This document shows, piece by piece, positions 25,940 to 38,400 of a stretch of 64,000 bases of DNA; within the stretch, counting starts at the first letter, position 1; every line of letters begins with the position of its first letter. Source of the DNA: Batkoa obscura. Taxonomy: Eukaryota. The DNA lies in the NCBI GenBank assembly GCA_030770535.1, contig JASVEC010000029.1, positions 248,001-312,000 of the forward strand, written 5' to 3'. A model generated the notes under the pieces. That model was not told where the DNA came from. It ran no database searches and saw only the letters and a list, made by a program, of their open reading frames with translations. A program made the position numbers and the translations under genes.

Positions 25940-26759
25940 ACATATTTTTTAAATTTCCGTTATCTATTTTTGTTTTTATTTTTATTATTATTTTTCATTG
26001 AACACTTCTATGCGAACTTGTTTATATATATTTAATTTCAATAATAATTTTGTTGGAATTTTGCTGAGAATAGTTAATAGATTACTATCTAAACCTTCTC
26101 ATTTTTTTTAATTATATCATTGTCTTTGATGATATAACTATACTAAGATGTTATAATTGCACTTTTTTAAAGATTAATCTTTATCCTTAACTTAAAATCT
26201 ATGTAGAATTAATGTATTTTGGGGGGAAAAAGTGTAAAATCAAAATAATAGTTTTAAACCGACATTTTTAAATGTGGGTATTAGGTTGAAGCAAGATAGG
26301 AATTTAAAATATCAAAATTTAACCGCGTACATATTTAAACATGTTTTTTAAAATGCGCTTGAGTAGAGTTTAGACTCTTATATTAAGACAATAAAAGTTG
26401 AGTTAAGAATAATACCCCGATTTGGCGGGTTGGTTTTCTATTTTTAGTTGGAATCCGGGATTTCAGCTCTCCAGTTTAGCATCAAAATACAACGATAAAG
26501 GTGTAGATACTACAAAAGATAAGTTTTTATACTTGGTTAGCCCCTTTTATCTTATAACTTTGTATTATAACTATCGATTTGGAGTAAATACTACTTTATA
26601 TATTAAAGCTATCTCGATATATTTATGGCACTGATCTATATTACTATTTTTAACTGTAAAATACAAATATTTATTGATATGTTTTTTAATGAAACAAAAA
26701 TAAATATATTAACATGTTATATTACAGATGATATTTTTTTAGGAAAATTTAAAACCTAT

Positions 26760-26908
26760 TCAAAAAAATAGGAATAACGTTAAAATAAATATAGTTTCTG
26801 AATATTTTTTACGTTAAAACGTTCAATAAATTTTAGTCTATTGTTATATTTTAACGCTATTAAATATTCAGAAACAATATTTATTTTAACGTTATTCCTA
26901 TTTTTTGA
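26760..26908. repeat. ~150-bp foldback inverted repeat
   Basis: Left arm AAAAAATAGGAATAACGTTAAAATAAATATAGTTTCTGAATATTT is the reverse complement (1 mismatch) of AAATATTCAGAAACAATATTTATTTTAACGTTATTCCTATTTTTT; the interior pairs further (CGTTAAAA/TTTTAACG, CAATA/TATTG). Confidence 0.85.
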
Positions 26909-27449
26909 CTGTTTTATTTATGTTTGAATTTATTTCATATAATTGTTTAAAATTTATATTTAAAATCTTTAAATTATTATACTAATATGTATAATATCAC
27001 CATTTATATAAACTAGTTGCAAATTATTATTTGTATTCTAAAAAAATGTTACTATATACTGAAATCCGGTATAAATAATATCTATACTAAAATATATTGA
27101 TTATTAATATTTATATATGATTGCTAAATTAAATAAATACTGGTCATTATTTAATTATGGTTAGTTTTTTATAAATATATGATAAATACATCAAAAGCTC
27201 AACCGTTTACGATAGGCGTCTATTAATATAAAATATTCAAATTTCAACAAATTTTATCATCTGATTTATGTGAAGATAAAACAAACACTATAATACAACA
27301 TTTTAGTTTGTAAAATTGTAACAAACTGTTGAACCCGAAAAACTATAAAGGCCATATAATGTCCATGTATTTTGAGTACTTACCAGTAATATAGGTCAAT
27401 AAAATTGAAACAAAAAACCAGTTAAATAATATTTATAATAATATTTTAA

Positions 27450-28100
27450 TGTTGATCTATCCCCTACAGTTACTCTTCCTTCCTTTAATAAATTCCTTTA
27501 TTACTCTCCTGTCCCTATTAATTTTGAACCGATCCTTGTCAAGCTCCCTAAAAGTCGAGTCAACCATCTGGTCAGTTTGCTGCAAAGACACAAATATTTT
27601 TTTTCCTGTAATACGGTGTCTTTTTTTCTCTGCCCAGGACAAATCTCTTCGCCGCCGCTTCTTTTAGTATTCCACTTCCACCAGCCTTTAGCCTTTAGCC
27701 TTTTTCCTGGCAAACTTTTCTTTTAAACCACACAGTTTTGGTTATTCATGACACCTGCACTTTATCTTTCATCTCTGGATCATAGCCCATTGTCCTGCTT
27801 CTTGTCGTTTAACTACTATTGGATCAATTTTCCGATCTCCCCAAGTATACCACACTATGATCTCTTTTAGCTCTTTGTCCTTATGCTCCATCTCACTTTA
27901 CCATGGGTGCAAATAACTGGTAGTCAAAGACCTTGTAGTTTTTTTCCATCATTCGAAACCCAGGTCTATCGACCCAAATTTTGAACCCCCCGTCTTTCTC
28001 ATCAAATATCTACCTAATCCTATAATCGTTGAAATCTTGTTTTTGTTTAAAGATAGTTCTAATTTTGTCTTCATCCCCTTTGAATCATACACTTCCTTTT
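27450..28100 (-). pseudogene. Degraded coding remnant, possibly transposon-derived
   Basis: Locally GC-richer, purine-rich minus strand with short overlapping reading frames broken by stops and frameshifts; no diagnostic motif recognised. Confidence 0.3.
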
Positions 28101-28324
28101 TTGTTTTTGTTTAAATAAACTCCTGAAGTTTAGACTTGTATTTTTAATTAAAAAAAATAGCTATACGCCAAACTTTAAAATTTCAAATGCTATTATTAAA
28201 ATTGACTATTAAATATACCAAACCTTTAATCAAATGAATCTTTTTAATATATAATTAAAACTTTAAAAATAGTTATATGGATTCATAAATCCGGTTAATT
28301 TTGTTTATAAAAGCTTTTTGACTT

Positions 28325-29396
28325 TTAAAAGAGTTTGTTCATAAAGTTTAAAGAGACTTCAACACCTAATAAAATTATAAACAAATAAATATAATATTAC
28401 AAATATTATTACCTAAAAAGCAAGCAGCATTTGCTGGGAAAGCTCTTAACATGGCGGGACCAAGGCCCTTGAATAAGGCGCCTGGACCTTCATGCTTAAC
28501 TAATTTGACAAAGACATCGGCTACACCTTTATAAGTTCCTTCTGGTGCAGTTTGAAGACGAGATTTGATTACATCTGGAGGCTAAAAATAAAGTTTAGAA
28601 AGGATATTAAAAAATATTTTAAACTTACAATAGCAACAGCCCAGTTAGCCATACCAGCTAAACCACCAGCTACAAACACAGCAAGTGGGCTTAATTGATC
28701 TGGAGTGGCACTAGCAGGAGTGAATAATGCTTTAAATCCTTCGTAAGCTCCGAAATAAGCTACTGATCCAGGTACATCCCTTAAAAGGGTAGCAAAAGTA
28801 CCTTTATAAAGGGATTTTATCCCTCCTTGAGCAAGCAAACCACGTACAGCATCTACAGGACCCTTATATTTAGTGGTAACTTCAGCACTACTACCTTGAA
28901 TTTGTAAAACACATTTTACACGTTCAATTGGAGTCATTAATAAAGTGGCAGGAATTGCTGAAAAACCACCAGCAAAACAAATTTGAGACATGGTAAGTTT
29001 ATCAGAAGGATCCTTTTTAAATATAAAATGGGATACAAACTATTTATAAAATAAAGTTACCATCTTTAAAACATTACGAACAATTTTTTGACCTAAATCA
29101 TAACCCCAGAAACAAGTAGCAAAAATGGGTGTTACACCTACCAAAGGGGTAAACATACCACGGTATAAACCACGGAAACCATCTTTAGCAACGGTTTGTT
29201 TGAAACAATCAACAAGACCAGTATATTGATTTGAAGTTTGTAAACGAACTTTGATAAGATCTAATGGATGTCCGGCTATAACCAAACACATACCACCAAA
29301 CCCACCAGATATAAAGGATTTGATACTTGAAGCAGCACCCTGTTTAATCTGTACCTCTTTTTCTTGTGTTGAAGCTTTTGGGTCTAATTCACTCAT
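28325..29396 (-). CDS. CRC1: Mitochondrial carnitine/acylcarnitine carrier (SLC25A20-like)
   Basis: Exons 29396-29061, 29012-28629, 28581-28413 and 28365-28325 splice in frame via GT-AG introns (309 aa). Three carrier signatures ([33 protein letters not shown]) plus LLRDVPGS and [14 protein letters not shown] typical of the carnitine carrier. Confidence 0.9.
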
Positions 29397-30303
29397 AATC
29401 TAAAAGTCTAAAAATACAAATAAATAAAATAAATAAAAACTGTTATCATGAACTTACTTTGATAAAAAATATAAACTGTAAATTCCTTGTTCAACCTATT
29501 TATACTTTCGTAAAAGCTGGTAGTTATCCCCCTTTTCATTCCCTTTTTTGGTCAGCTTACCAAATCATCAATAGGCCAGTTTGCTAACCTTTCATCAAGT
29601 CTGTATCATGTGCAAAAGTTAAAATTGATAATGAAAGAATTTTATTGGCTTATTTAGACTGGATCCAATAGTTCTTTTTGAACTCAACAATTTTACTTTT
29701 AATATGCTGTAAAGTTCAACATTTGAAAATTAAACTTAGTGGGTTTAGCCGTATTTGTTAGACAATTTTGGTACATCCTCGTTAAAACTTTTACCCATTC
29801 TTTACACTAATACCTTATTATTTTACTAATCCACTTGCTATAACGATTAAGTGTGTTATGCACTAACAAATTCCTAATTAATTTTTTAATATATGGATGT
29901 GAACATGTTTCTAAACTATTTTTAAAAACATTAAAATACTTTAATAACTCATAATTTTAATCATATAAAATTTCCACTTTTATTAAAACAATTTAAGCTC
30001 TAATTAAAAATATCAATTTTTTTTATTACATTTGAATATTAGATATCCGCATTCAAATTAAAAATAGAGTATAACTTAGTTATTAACATTACTAAGCAAA
30101 TATGTATTATACACAATTTGACTTTTATTATGAATATCTTTACAAGTAGAGTTAAACTTTAAAGATAATAACAATAAGTAAAGTTTATAAAAGTTTACTT
30201 AAAAACTCCTTATGATTTGAAAATTATAGTTATTTTATTAGTATGACTACTCAATTTAAATCTTTAATTTTATAATTACCAACCACAAAAATCGTTACCA
30301 TAT

Positions 30304-30399
30304 GGTGATGTTTCTTTTTGATTAAGAAATTTACTACTATTTTTTCTGCTCAATAACGCTTAAAAAATGGAAAAAGTGATAAAACTAAAAAACACCTCC
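30304..30399 (-). mobile_element. MITE family A
   Basis: GGTGATGTTTCTTTTTG...AAAAAACACCTCC, flanks ATAT/ATGT. Confidence 0.82.
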
Positions 30400-30650
30400 A
30401 TGTTATATAAAACAAACAAATACACCTTTTTTGCAATTAAACGTATGAACTCAGTATTTAAAATATCTATAATAGCTACAATAACAGTATAGTTATAAAA
30501 TCATATGTAAATTCTATTTTTAAAAAGCTTATCCATTCAATTAAAATTTTTATTTGTTTTTCTAATTTAAGTGAAAATGTAAAAAAAATAAAACTTTCAA
30601 AGCAAACCCAAAACTTCGTTAAACTATCAATGTAATCTCCAATCTGGAAT

Positions 30651-31900
30651 TTAAATATCTTCCAAGTTAGAATCTTGGTCATTGTGGCGTAGATCAAGCG
30701 CAATCTGTCGAATCTAAAATATTATTAATAATTATTAATTATCTTATTAGTTTTACATACTGTAAATATATCAATTGGTGGAAGTCTTGATAAGAATGCT
30801 TTTATTTCAGAACCTTCAAGCTCTTCAAGATAATCCTTAAATTGTTTAAGGATACCTAAAAATGATTTAGTTAGTTATTTATAATATATTGATTTCGTTT
30901 ACCAATGCAAATATAAACATGAAAGTCCATAAAATCATTACTTGAGAAGTAAAGATCCCATAAAGGTAATAAAGATTCGATTGAAAGTTCTTTTGATAGA
31001 AGAAAACGAAGCCAAGAGGGTACCCAATCATGAATATTCACTTGTTCTTCTTCAAAATAATCATATCTAAAATGGGTTAAATATTTACTAGTATATAGTC
31101 TTAAGCTTATCCTACAGGTCAGGTATCACCTTACGAAATAAGCTCTTGAATTGACTGATTTTTTCATGAAGTGTATCTTCATCTAAAACCTCATCTAAAA
31201 ATTTATTAAACTCAATATTATTTTATTAAATTTTTAATTACCGATTTTTTCAACAAGATTTTGAAAGCAATAAAACACATCGACTTCTTTACCTACTACA
31301 GTAATAAATGGCGTACAAAGGTGGACCCAAGAAGGATGAAATTGAGCCTGTTTATTATAATTAAGATAAGCACCAATTACCCGTTCATAAGTGATACAAG
31401 GTAATGTCTTTTTTAAACGTTGTTGAAGTCGGTTAACTTCACCACGTACCTTATTTTGCTCATCATAACTAATTTGAATTAGTTGTTGATATTCTTCAAT
31501 TCTAGCTTTCGATAGTTCCATATCATTAGCTAGGTACTTTAATTTAATACCAATATATACCAAACTCTAAGTAAATACTTACTTCTATCGGAGCTTTCGG
31601 TCTTAAGTAAGTACTTCCAAACCTCCTATAAAGTCAGAGTTAATATCTAAATTTTTTAGATAATTTGATAAAATAGATCTAATTTAAATAATAGACATTA
31701 TAAAGACTATTTACCCCACGAAGTTCGTCTGGGATACCATAACGAGAAAGTTGTTGAAGTTTGGAAAGATCAACATACATTTCAGAGGTAAGAAGAGCAT
31801 GGAATTCATCGATAGTATCTTCATAAAATGACTCGTCTTGAACAAACTGTTTTGTTTTTTGTCCAGGTGAAATGGGAATAGGGTAAGCAAATTCCATCAT
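30651..31900 (-). CDS. TBC (Rab-GAP) domain protein, multi-exon
   Basis: Spliced translation gives LSRYGIPDELRG|EVWKYLL, VDVFYCFQNLVEKI, FKSLFRKVIPDL|YDYFEEEQV, SWLRFLLSKELSIESLLPLWDLYFS and a last exon ending DSNLEDI* (stop 30651-30653). Confidence 0.85.
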
Positions 31901-33441
31901 TTTAATGAAATAGAGTAATTATTCTAAACTAGAATAAATTAAATATCAATTCATTAATTAGATTATAATAAAATATACCTTTATTACTCTATGAGAACTG
32001 AATAATTTCTAAAACTCTAGTTATCTATTAAATCCTTAAACGTTTAACCTAAGTTCTAACTAATTATATAGAATAAAGTTAGAGCCGTCAATTGACACAA
32101 GTAAGAATAACAATAGGTAAATTAAATTGGTTATTGGCCTAAGCTAAAAGTGCTTCGGATCAGCCGAAATTGGTAAATAGAGTGAGTAAAAATACACTAA
32201 AAAAATTGGAAGTATGAATCCATCTGTATTTTATCTAAATTTCCATTAATTACTTTCCTCAATGAAGGCAAAAATCCTCCATTTATGTTAAAGATGAGGT
32301 CATTATTGAAAATTATTCAAGCTTTTAGTTCCCAAAAATGGGGCTTTTTGAAATAATTTAAGAAATTTTTTCAATTTTTGATATCATCCTTGTGCAAACC
32401 ATATTCAACTAAAAAAATAGAGTGGAAATATGAACGCAAAGTTTCATTATGATTTGAAATTTAGTGATATTAACCAAAAACTTGTTTTTTAAACCCATCT
32501 TATTGGTCAATAAAAATGAGATGATCCAAAACTTCATTTTATTGATTTGGATTGAATTGGTAATTAATATTGTGGAGTTTTTCCTAATCAAAGTTTCAGT
32601 TTACAAAAAGCTTAATTTAACAGCAATTGAAGCCAAGTTAATGTTTTCATTGGTTTATACAGCATTGAGACTTGCACTGGTTTATTAAAAAGTAAGTGTC
32701 ATTAAACGGTAATTAAGTAATCTAGAACTGGGCCAATTGAAAATTCTACTTGGGCAATTGGTTTTGTAATGGGAGAATTTTGTATAATTGTGATAAGAAA
32801 TTTTAATGGCTGGGCTAAAATGGAAGTTTTAACACCAGCTTTTTAGTTAAAAATACGGTACAATTTATCCGTTGCTGTTCTTAAATTTACGATCAAAAAT
32901 GGTTACATAACAAAAGAAAATTATTATTTCTTTTGATCATTTAGTCTTAAGCTATTTTTTACATTAAATTTATATACTTTTAATTTGAGTCTCAATATTA
33001 TAGATTAAAGTGAGCTATATTGTTGAAATTATTTTTCCTTAAGTTTAAATCGTAAATTTTAGATTGTACAAAGTGGTTCGTGTCATCTGCTTAATCAGTA
33101 TGATTTTTACATGGTTTAATAATTAATTTAAAGTACAAAAGTGATATATTAGATACTTAATGCAATTTTTAGCATTTTCGCTATTAATTTAGATGTCATA
33201 TTAATGTTAAATATTTTTGCGTAAAATTTATTTATGATAGACAAATTATTAGTCTGCTATTGATAGTTTTGTTTTTATTTAAATATATTCTAAATTAAAT
33301 TTGTTATATTTTTGTTCAAATCAGTTATTAGTATATTTATCTATTTTTTAAAATAAGTATTTATTACAAATCTATAACTTCTAATAATATTAATTTATTA
33401 TCAATAGATTTATATTTTTAATAAATAGCCAATTAATATTT

Positions 33442-33541
33442 GGGGATATATTTTTTTGTTTAAGAATTTTACTATTAATTTTTCCGCTCAAATAGCACTT
33501 AAAAAATGGAAAAAGTAATGAAACCAAAAAGAAACATTCCC
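33442..33541 (-). mobile_element. MITE family A
   Basis: GGGGATATATTTTTTTG...GAAACATTCCC flanked by ATTT/ATTT. Confidence 0.87.
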
Positions 33542-34504
33542 ATTTGGTGAAACTATTTTATTAAGGTTTGTCTAAATAGTATGCCTCAAATAGCGTTTTA
33601 CTCAATAAAAACGCTTAGAAAGACTGCATTTCGAATTCTGATTGATTACGCCTTTTTAATTACTTAAATTATTTTTAAAGTATTTAAAATCTAAATTTTA
33701 TGTAATTTTTTTATTTTAAGATAAAAATATAATTTGAAAATAAAAAAAGTTTGTTTTAATTAAACTAATCACTGTTTCAAAAAAATACATTATTTTTAGG
33801 TTTTTTTAAAATTGAATTAAAATTAGAAAATCTAAATTTTAAATTTTAACTTTTAATTTAAAAATTAATTAGTCATATTTGTTTTATATAGTTTGCATAA
33901 TAGTTAAATATTATTTTTATAAATTAAAATCTGTTTTAAATATATAGCTTAAAATATATAATTATCAGCTTTACCCAGGATTATAATTATAAAAGCCAAT
34001 ATTTAATAATTGAAATTAAAAGCAGTTTTTGCTTAATTAACTGACTGTAAATTAAAAAGTTTTAGCTTATATAACCAAAATAGGCTTAAATTAATAAAAA
34101 TAATATACAATAAGTTATAAACTATATAAAACAAATTATATAAAACAAACAGAATAAAAAATGCTGTTATAAAATTTATATAAAATATTATAAAATTTAA
34201 CAGCTTTATTAAAAAATATAATACCAAAGAATAATTTAAATAGAAAGCTTTAAGTTATTATATTAAAAAAAAAATTATATCTTAATTAAATGATTATATA
34301 AAAAAAAAATAATAGCAGTTATTCTTTATTATATTTACTAAATACAAAGATTAAAGTATATAGATAACGTTCTTTGCAACTAGACGATAAAATTTTTTAT
34401 AGCAAATTTAAATAAAAGGCTTCAAATTAAGTATGCTTGAATTTAAAAACATAATAATTTTTAATAGCAAAATTACTTGAAGCTAACTAAATTTATTATA
34501 ATAT

Positions 34505-34944
34505 AATAATCAATTCAGAGTTCCTTGTATAGATTTGCTATGAGAATTGCTACCACCTGATCATGAAGAACTTATTGCCCACGTTTTAATGTCCATACTT
34601 GGCAACTATAATAAGGAATAACTGTTATCATGTTCCCTATATATAGCCACCTAGTTGGAGTATAAAAGAGATTCTTCAACATACTAACTCGAGGCTTTTT
34701 TAATTGAATTACTCCCTGATAACATATTATCAATAAAGTCAATAAGTCTTTCTGACAACATCTTACATAGATTTTACAGTAGTATGTTCTATCATATTTG
34801 TTTTACATAATTCGTAGCTTATTACGTACTATTCCTATTAAGTTAAGTCTATCTTAGTTACATAAACTAAGACCGTTCGACTCAAGGCAAGTTAATTAAG
34901 CAAGAGTAGCTTTTAACTCCGACCACTGGGTATCAACTTTCACA
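34505..34944 (+). mobile_element. 5'-truncated older LTR (same subfamily as 7106-7570), opposite orientation to the adjacent full-length element
   Basis: Reverse complement of the 7106-7570 LTR (e.g. CTAAGACCGTTCGACTCAAGGCAAGTTAA), ending CTTTCACA at 34944; contains TATAAAAG and AATAAA; no TGTGAAA start found. Confidence 0.85.
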
Positions 34945-34949
34945 CCTGG

Positions 34950-35349
34950 TGTGAAATCTGGTACTCAGGGTTTGGAGTCAAGAACAGCTATTGCTGGGTT
35001 GACTACACTATAAGTCAAAAGGTCTTAGTTTATGTGACTAAGATAGACTTGGGTTATGAGGAATAGCACGTAATAGGTTACAAGCTATATAAGACAAATA
35101 GAATAGACAATACTAATGTAAAATCTATGTAAAATACTATTAAGAAAACTTAGTGGCTTTATTAAATGTTCGAGATATCAGGGATTAATTCAGTTAAAAA
35201 GCCTCGAACTATTATATTCTGTAAACTCTTTTATACTCTGAAAAGTATAAGTATCAAAATGAGAAGATAATATTCTTTTGGGTGGAACTAGAAATTCTCA
35301 TAACAAATCAAAATAATTAACCATGGGACTGACAAAGCGATATTTCACA
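34950..35349 (-). repeat. 3' LTR (400 bp)
   Basis: Direct repeat of 42103-42502; TG...CA ends with an 8-bp terminal inverted repeat. Confidence 0.95.
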
Positions 35350-35360
35350 TTTCCCTCCCT
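35350..35360 (-). promoter_or_regulatory. Polypurine tract
   Basis: AGGGAGGGAAA on the minus strand immediately upstream of the 3' LTR. Confidence 0.85.
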
Positions 35361-35446
35361 ATGATTTGATATAGTGAATTTTTATGGCTTACTTACCGAG
35401 AACCTATGAGATGGAATTTGACTAGTTACAAATTGTATTCATTGAA

Positions 35447-38400
35447 TCACATTGCTGATTTGAGAAACTTGGCATGGACTCGGTTATATATAACGCTTGT
35501 TCGTTTATGTTTAATTGAATAGCTATCATACAAGTGTTTATGTATGACTTCATATGGTCCATCCCATTTCAATGCTAGTTTATTTTTTCTAGATTGATTA
35601 TAGGAAGGGTACAGATGAACGATATCACCTACTTTGAAGACAGCTAGACGAGGAAGTCGAGAAATGTCTTGTCGATACCTCCTTGTTTTCGAGTCTGTCA
35701 ATGCATTAAAGGCGTCAACTTGGATAGCTATTAGTTTTTTTGTTAGCTTAAGCAAGTACATGTCAGGACTCATCTCTTCTTGTCTAACTATCAAAGGAGC
35801 GAATGATATGGGGAGTCCCGGATGTCTCCCATAAAGCATAACAAAAGGGGATTTTTTGGTAATACTATGTACTGAATATCTATATGCTAAAATAGCAGAA
35901 TGTAGATATTCATCCCAAGAGCTAGTTTTATCGAAAGCCAGCTTCCTTAATATACGTACTAGTGTACCGTTTACTCTCTCAACCATTCCGTTAGTTTCAG
36001 GATGATATGGAGCTGCAGTAGAATGCTTTATGGCCATTAGTCTAGCTAATTTCGGGAGAACCAGGTTAACAAAATTGGCAGCGTTATCAGTAAGTATCAC
36101 CTGAGGGCTTCCATGCCTACAAATAATATCCTCGTATATAAATTTAGATATGTGAAAGGAAGTCTGATTTGGTATTGCTTTTGCTTCAACCCACTTAGTT
36201 AGATGGTCGATAGCTACAACAATAAATTTGTTCCCTCTTACCGAGGAGGCCTCACAGAGAGGACCTATTACATCTATACTTACCGTGTGAAATGCATGTT
36301 TAGGTAAAATAAACTTATAGGCTGTAGCTTTTATTTTACTTTGTTCCCTCTTGCAAACATCGCAATTATTTATAAAGTCTTCCAAATCTGGTATCATTGA
36401 TTCCCAATAGCAGGAGACTTTCATAGTATCGTATGTTTTTTGGAAGGCTGAATGTCCACAGATTACATCATGGAATTGTTGGCATGCAGATAGTCGTGAA
36501 GAAGGCCTAATATATGGAATATATGTTCCCTTAATCTTTTTATACAAGGCATTATCTCTTACAATGATATTTTGAGCGTTTTTCTCAAGCCATTGTTTGA
36601 GTTCAGGCTGCTGCTGCGGCCATTTATCTTTATTACCCAATAGATTGTACAAATCATCATCTATGGGGGTAGCTAGACAAATTCTGGGTAACCTGCTAAG
36701 CCCATCTGCATTTTGATGATCTTTACCTGGTTTATATACTATATCAAAACTATACGATTGTAGTTTTAGAGCCCACCTAGCTAAACGTCCTTCAGGATTA
36801 GTGATTGAATACAACCATTTTAGGGAAACATGATCAGTAATAACAGTAAAGTGAGTGCCGTAGATATACGGTCTAAATGCCTTTATAGCATGAATAATTG
36901 CAAGGCATTCTTTCTCTGTTGTAGTGTAGTTCCTTTCGTGTTTCGACAAGGTCCTAGAGGTATAGGCTATTGGGTGTTCACAATTGTTATCATCGAGTTG
37001 ACTTAAAACACCTCCAACTGCAGTTAGACTAGCGTCAGTATGTAGTGAGAAGGGCTTTGAGAAATTTGGAAACATCAATACTGGGGCGTTAAGCAGCTTG
37101 TTGCGAAGCTCTTCAAAAGCTTGTTGGTGTTCTTCCTTCCATTGAAACTTGACTTCTTTCTTTAGTAATTGGAACAGTGGGGTAGCTAAATTCGAAAAGT
37201 CTTTTATAAACCTTCGATAATAATTCATTAATCCAAGGAATACTTGTACCTCCCGCATCGTAGTTGGGGGGAGAAGCTCCTTCACTGCATCTAGTTTATT
37301 TGGAATAGGGGCTAGTCCTTTGTCAGAGACTTTATAGCCTAGAAATTCCAAACTAGTTTGGAAGAATGAACACTTCTTTGGTTTTAACTTTAGATTGGCT
37401 TGACGGAGGCGCTCAAATACTGCTTTAAGATGAGTTAAGTGATCTATAAAAGTTCTTGAAAACACATTCAAGTCATCTAAGTAAATTAATACGCACGAAA
37501 GTTTAAGGTCACCTAGTGTATTATCCATAAGACGCTGGAATGTAGCGGGAGCGTTCGAAAGGCCTTGTGGCATCCTAGTTGGTTGAAATAGTCCTTCAGA
37601 AGTTATTAAAGCGCACTTTTCTTGGTCTTCTGGATCCATTTCTACCTGCCAGTATCCTGAGATTAAATCCATTGCTGAAAAGTATTTAGCACCTTGTAAT
37701 CGGTCAACCGCATCGTCTATTCTGGGTAGAGGGTATACATCTTTCTTTGTGATTTTGTTAAGCTTTCTATAGTCCATAACTACTCTATTAGTTCCATCTT
37801 TTTTCTTAACGATCATAAGGGGGGAGGCCCATGGACTATTTGAAGGAATGATTAAACCTAGCCTTAAGAGTTTTTGAACTTCTTCTCGTTCTGCTTTGAG
37901 TTCAGATTGAGATTTACGATATGCTTTAGTTGCGACGGGTAATGAATCACATGTATATACTTTATGTTTAGTATTGCGAGCGCAACCAATATCTTCTTCT
38001 GAAGTTGCGAATATGTCTTTATATTCCTCCAGCAATTTATAAAATTGGAGTTGTTCATCTTGGTTTAGATGGTTAATAGTGTCTTTTTCCACAAAAAGGG
38101 CTTGGTTATTTGGGGCCTCTTCGTGAATTTGAAATTCTTCTAGTGTTGCAAATTTACTGAAAGTATTAATCAAGGCGTTGTTTTCTACGTATATCGTGCC
38201 AATCTGTTGGCCTCTAGAGATATTGATTTCTTTTTTGGTAATGTTTGCAAGTAATAACTTGATAGTCTCATTCATGTTGTTGCCTAAAATTCCGGGCATA
38301 GTTAGTGGTTCTAATTGTGAGACACCTTCTATACTATATATAGATAAATGGAATTCCTTAGGTATCCATAGTGAGATCTCAGTATCTAATACTATCTGTG

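Noticed and set aside
12201..34227. Numerous 60-75 aa Leu/Ile/Phe/Lys-rich ORFs in intergenic DNA
   Set aside because: Composition mirrors AT-rich background, several use non-ATG starts, and none shows motifs or splice context.
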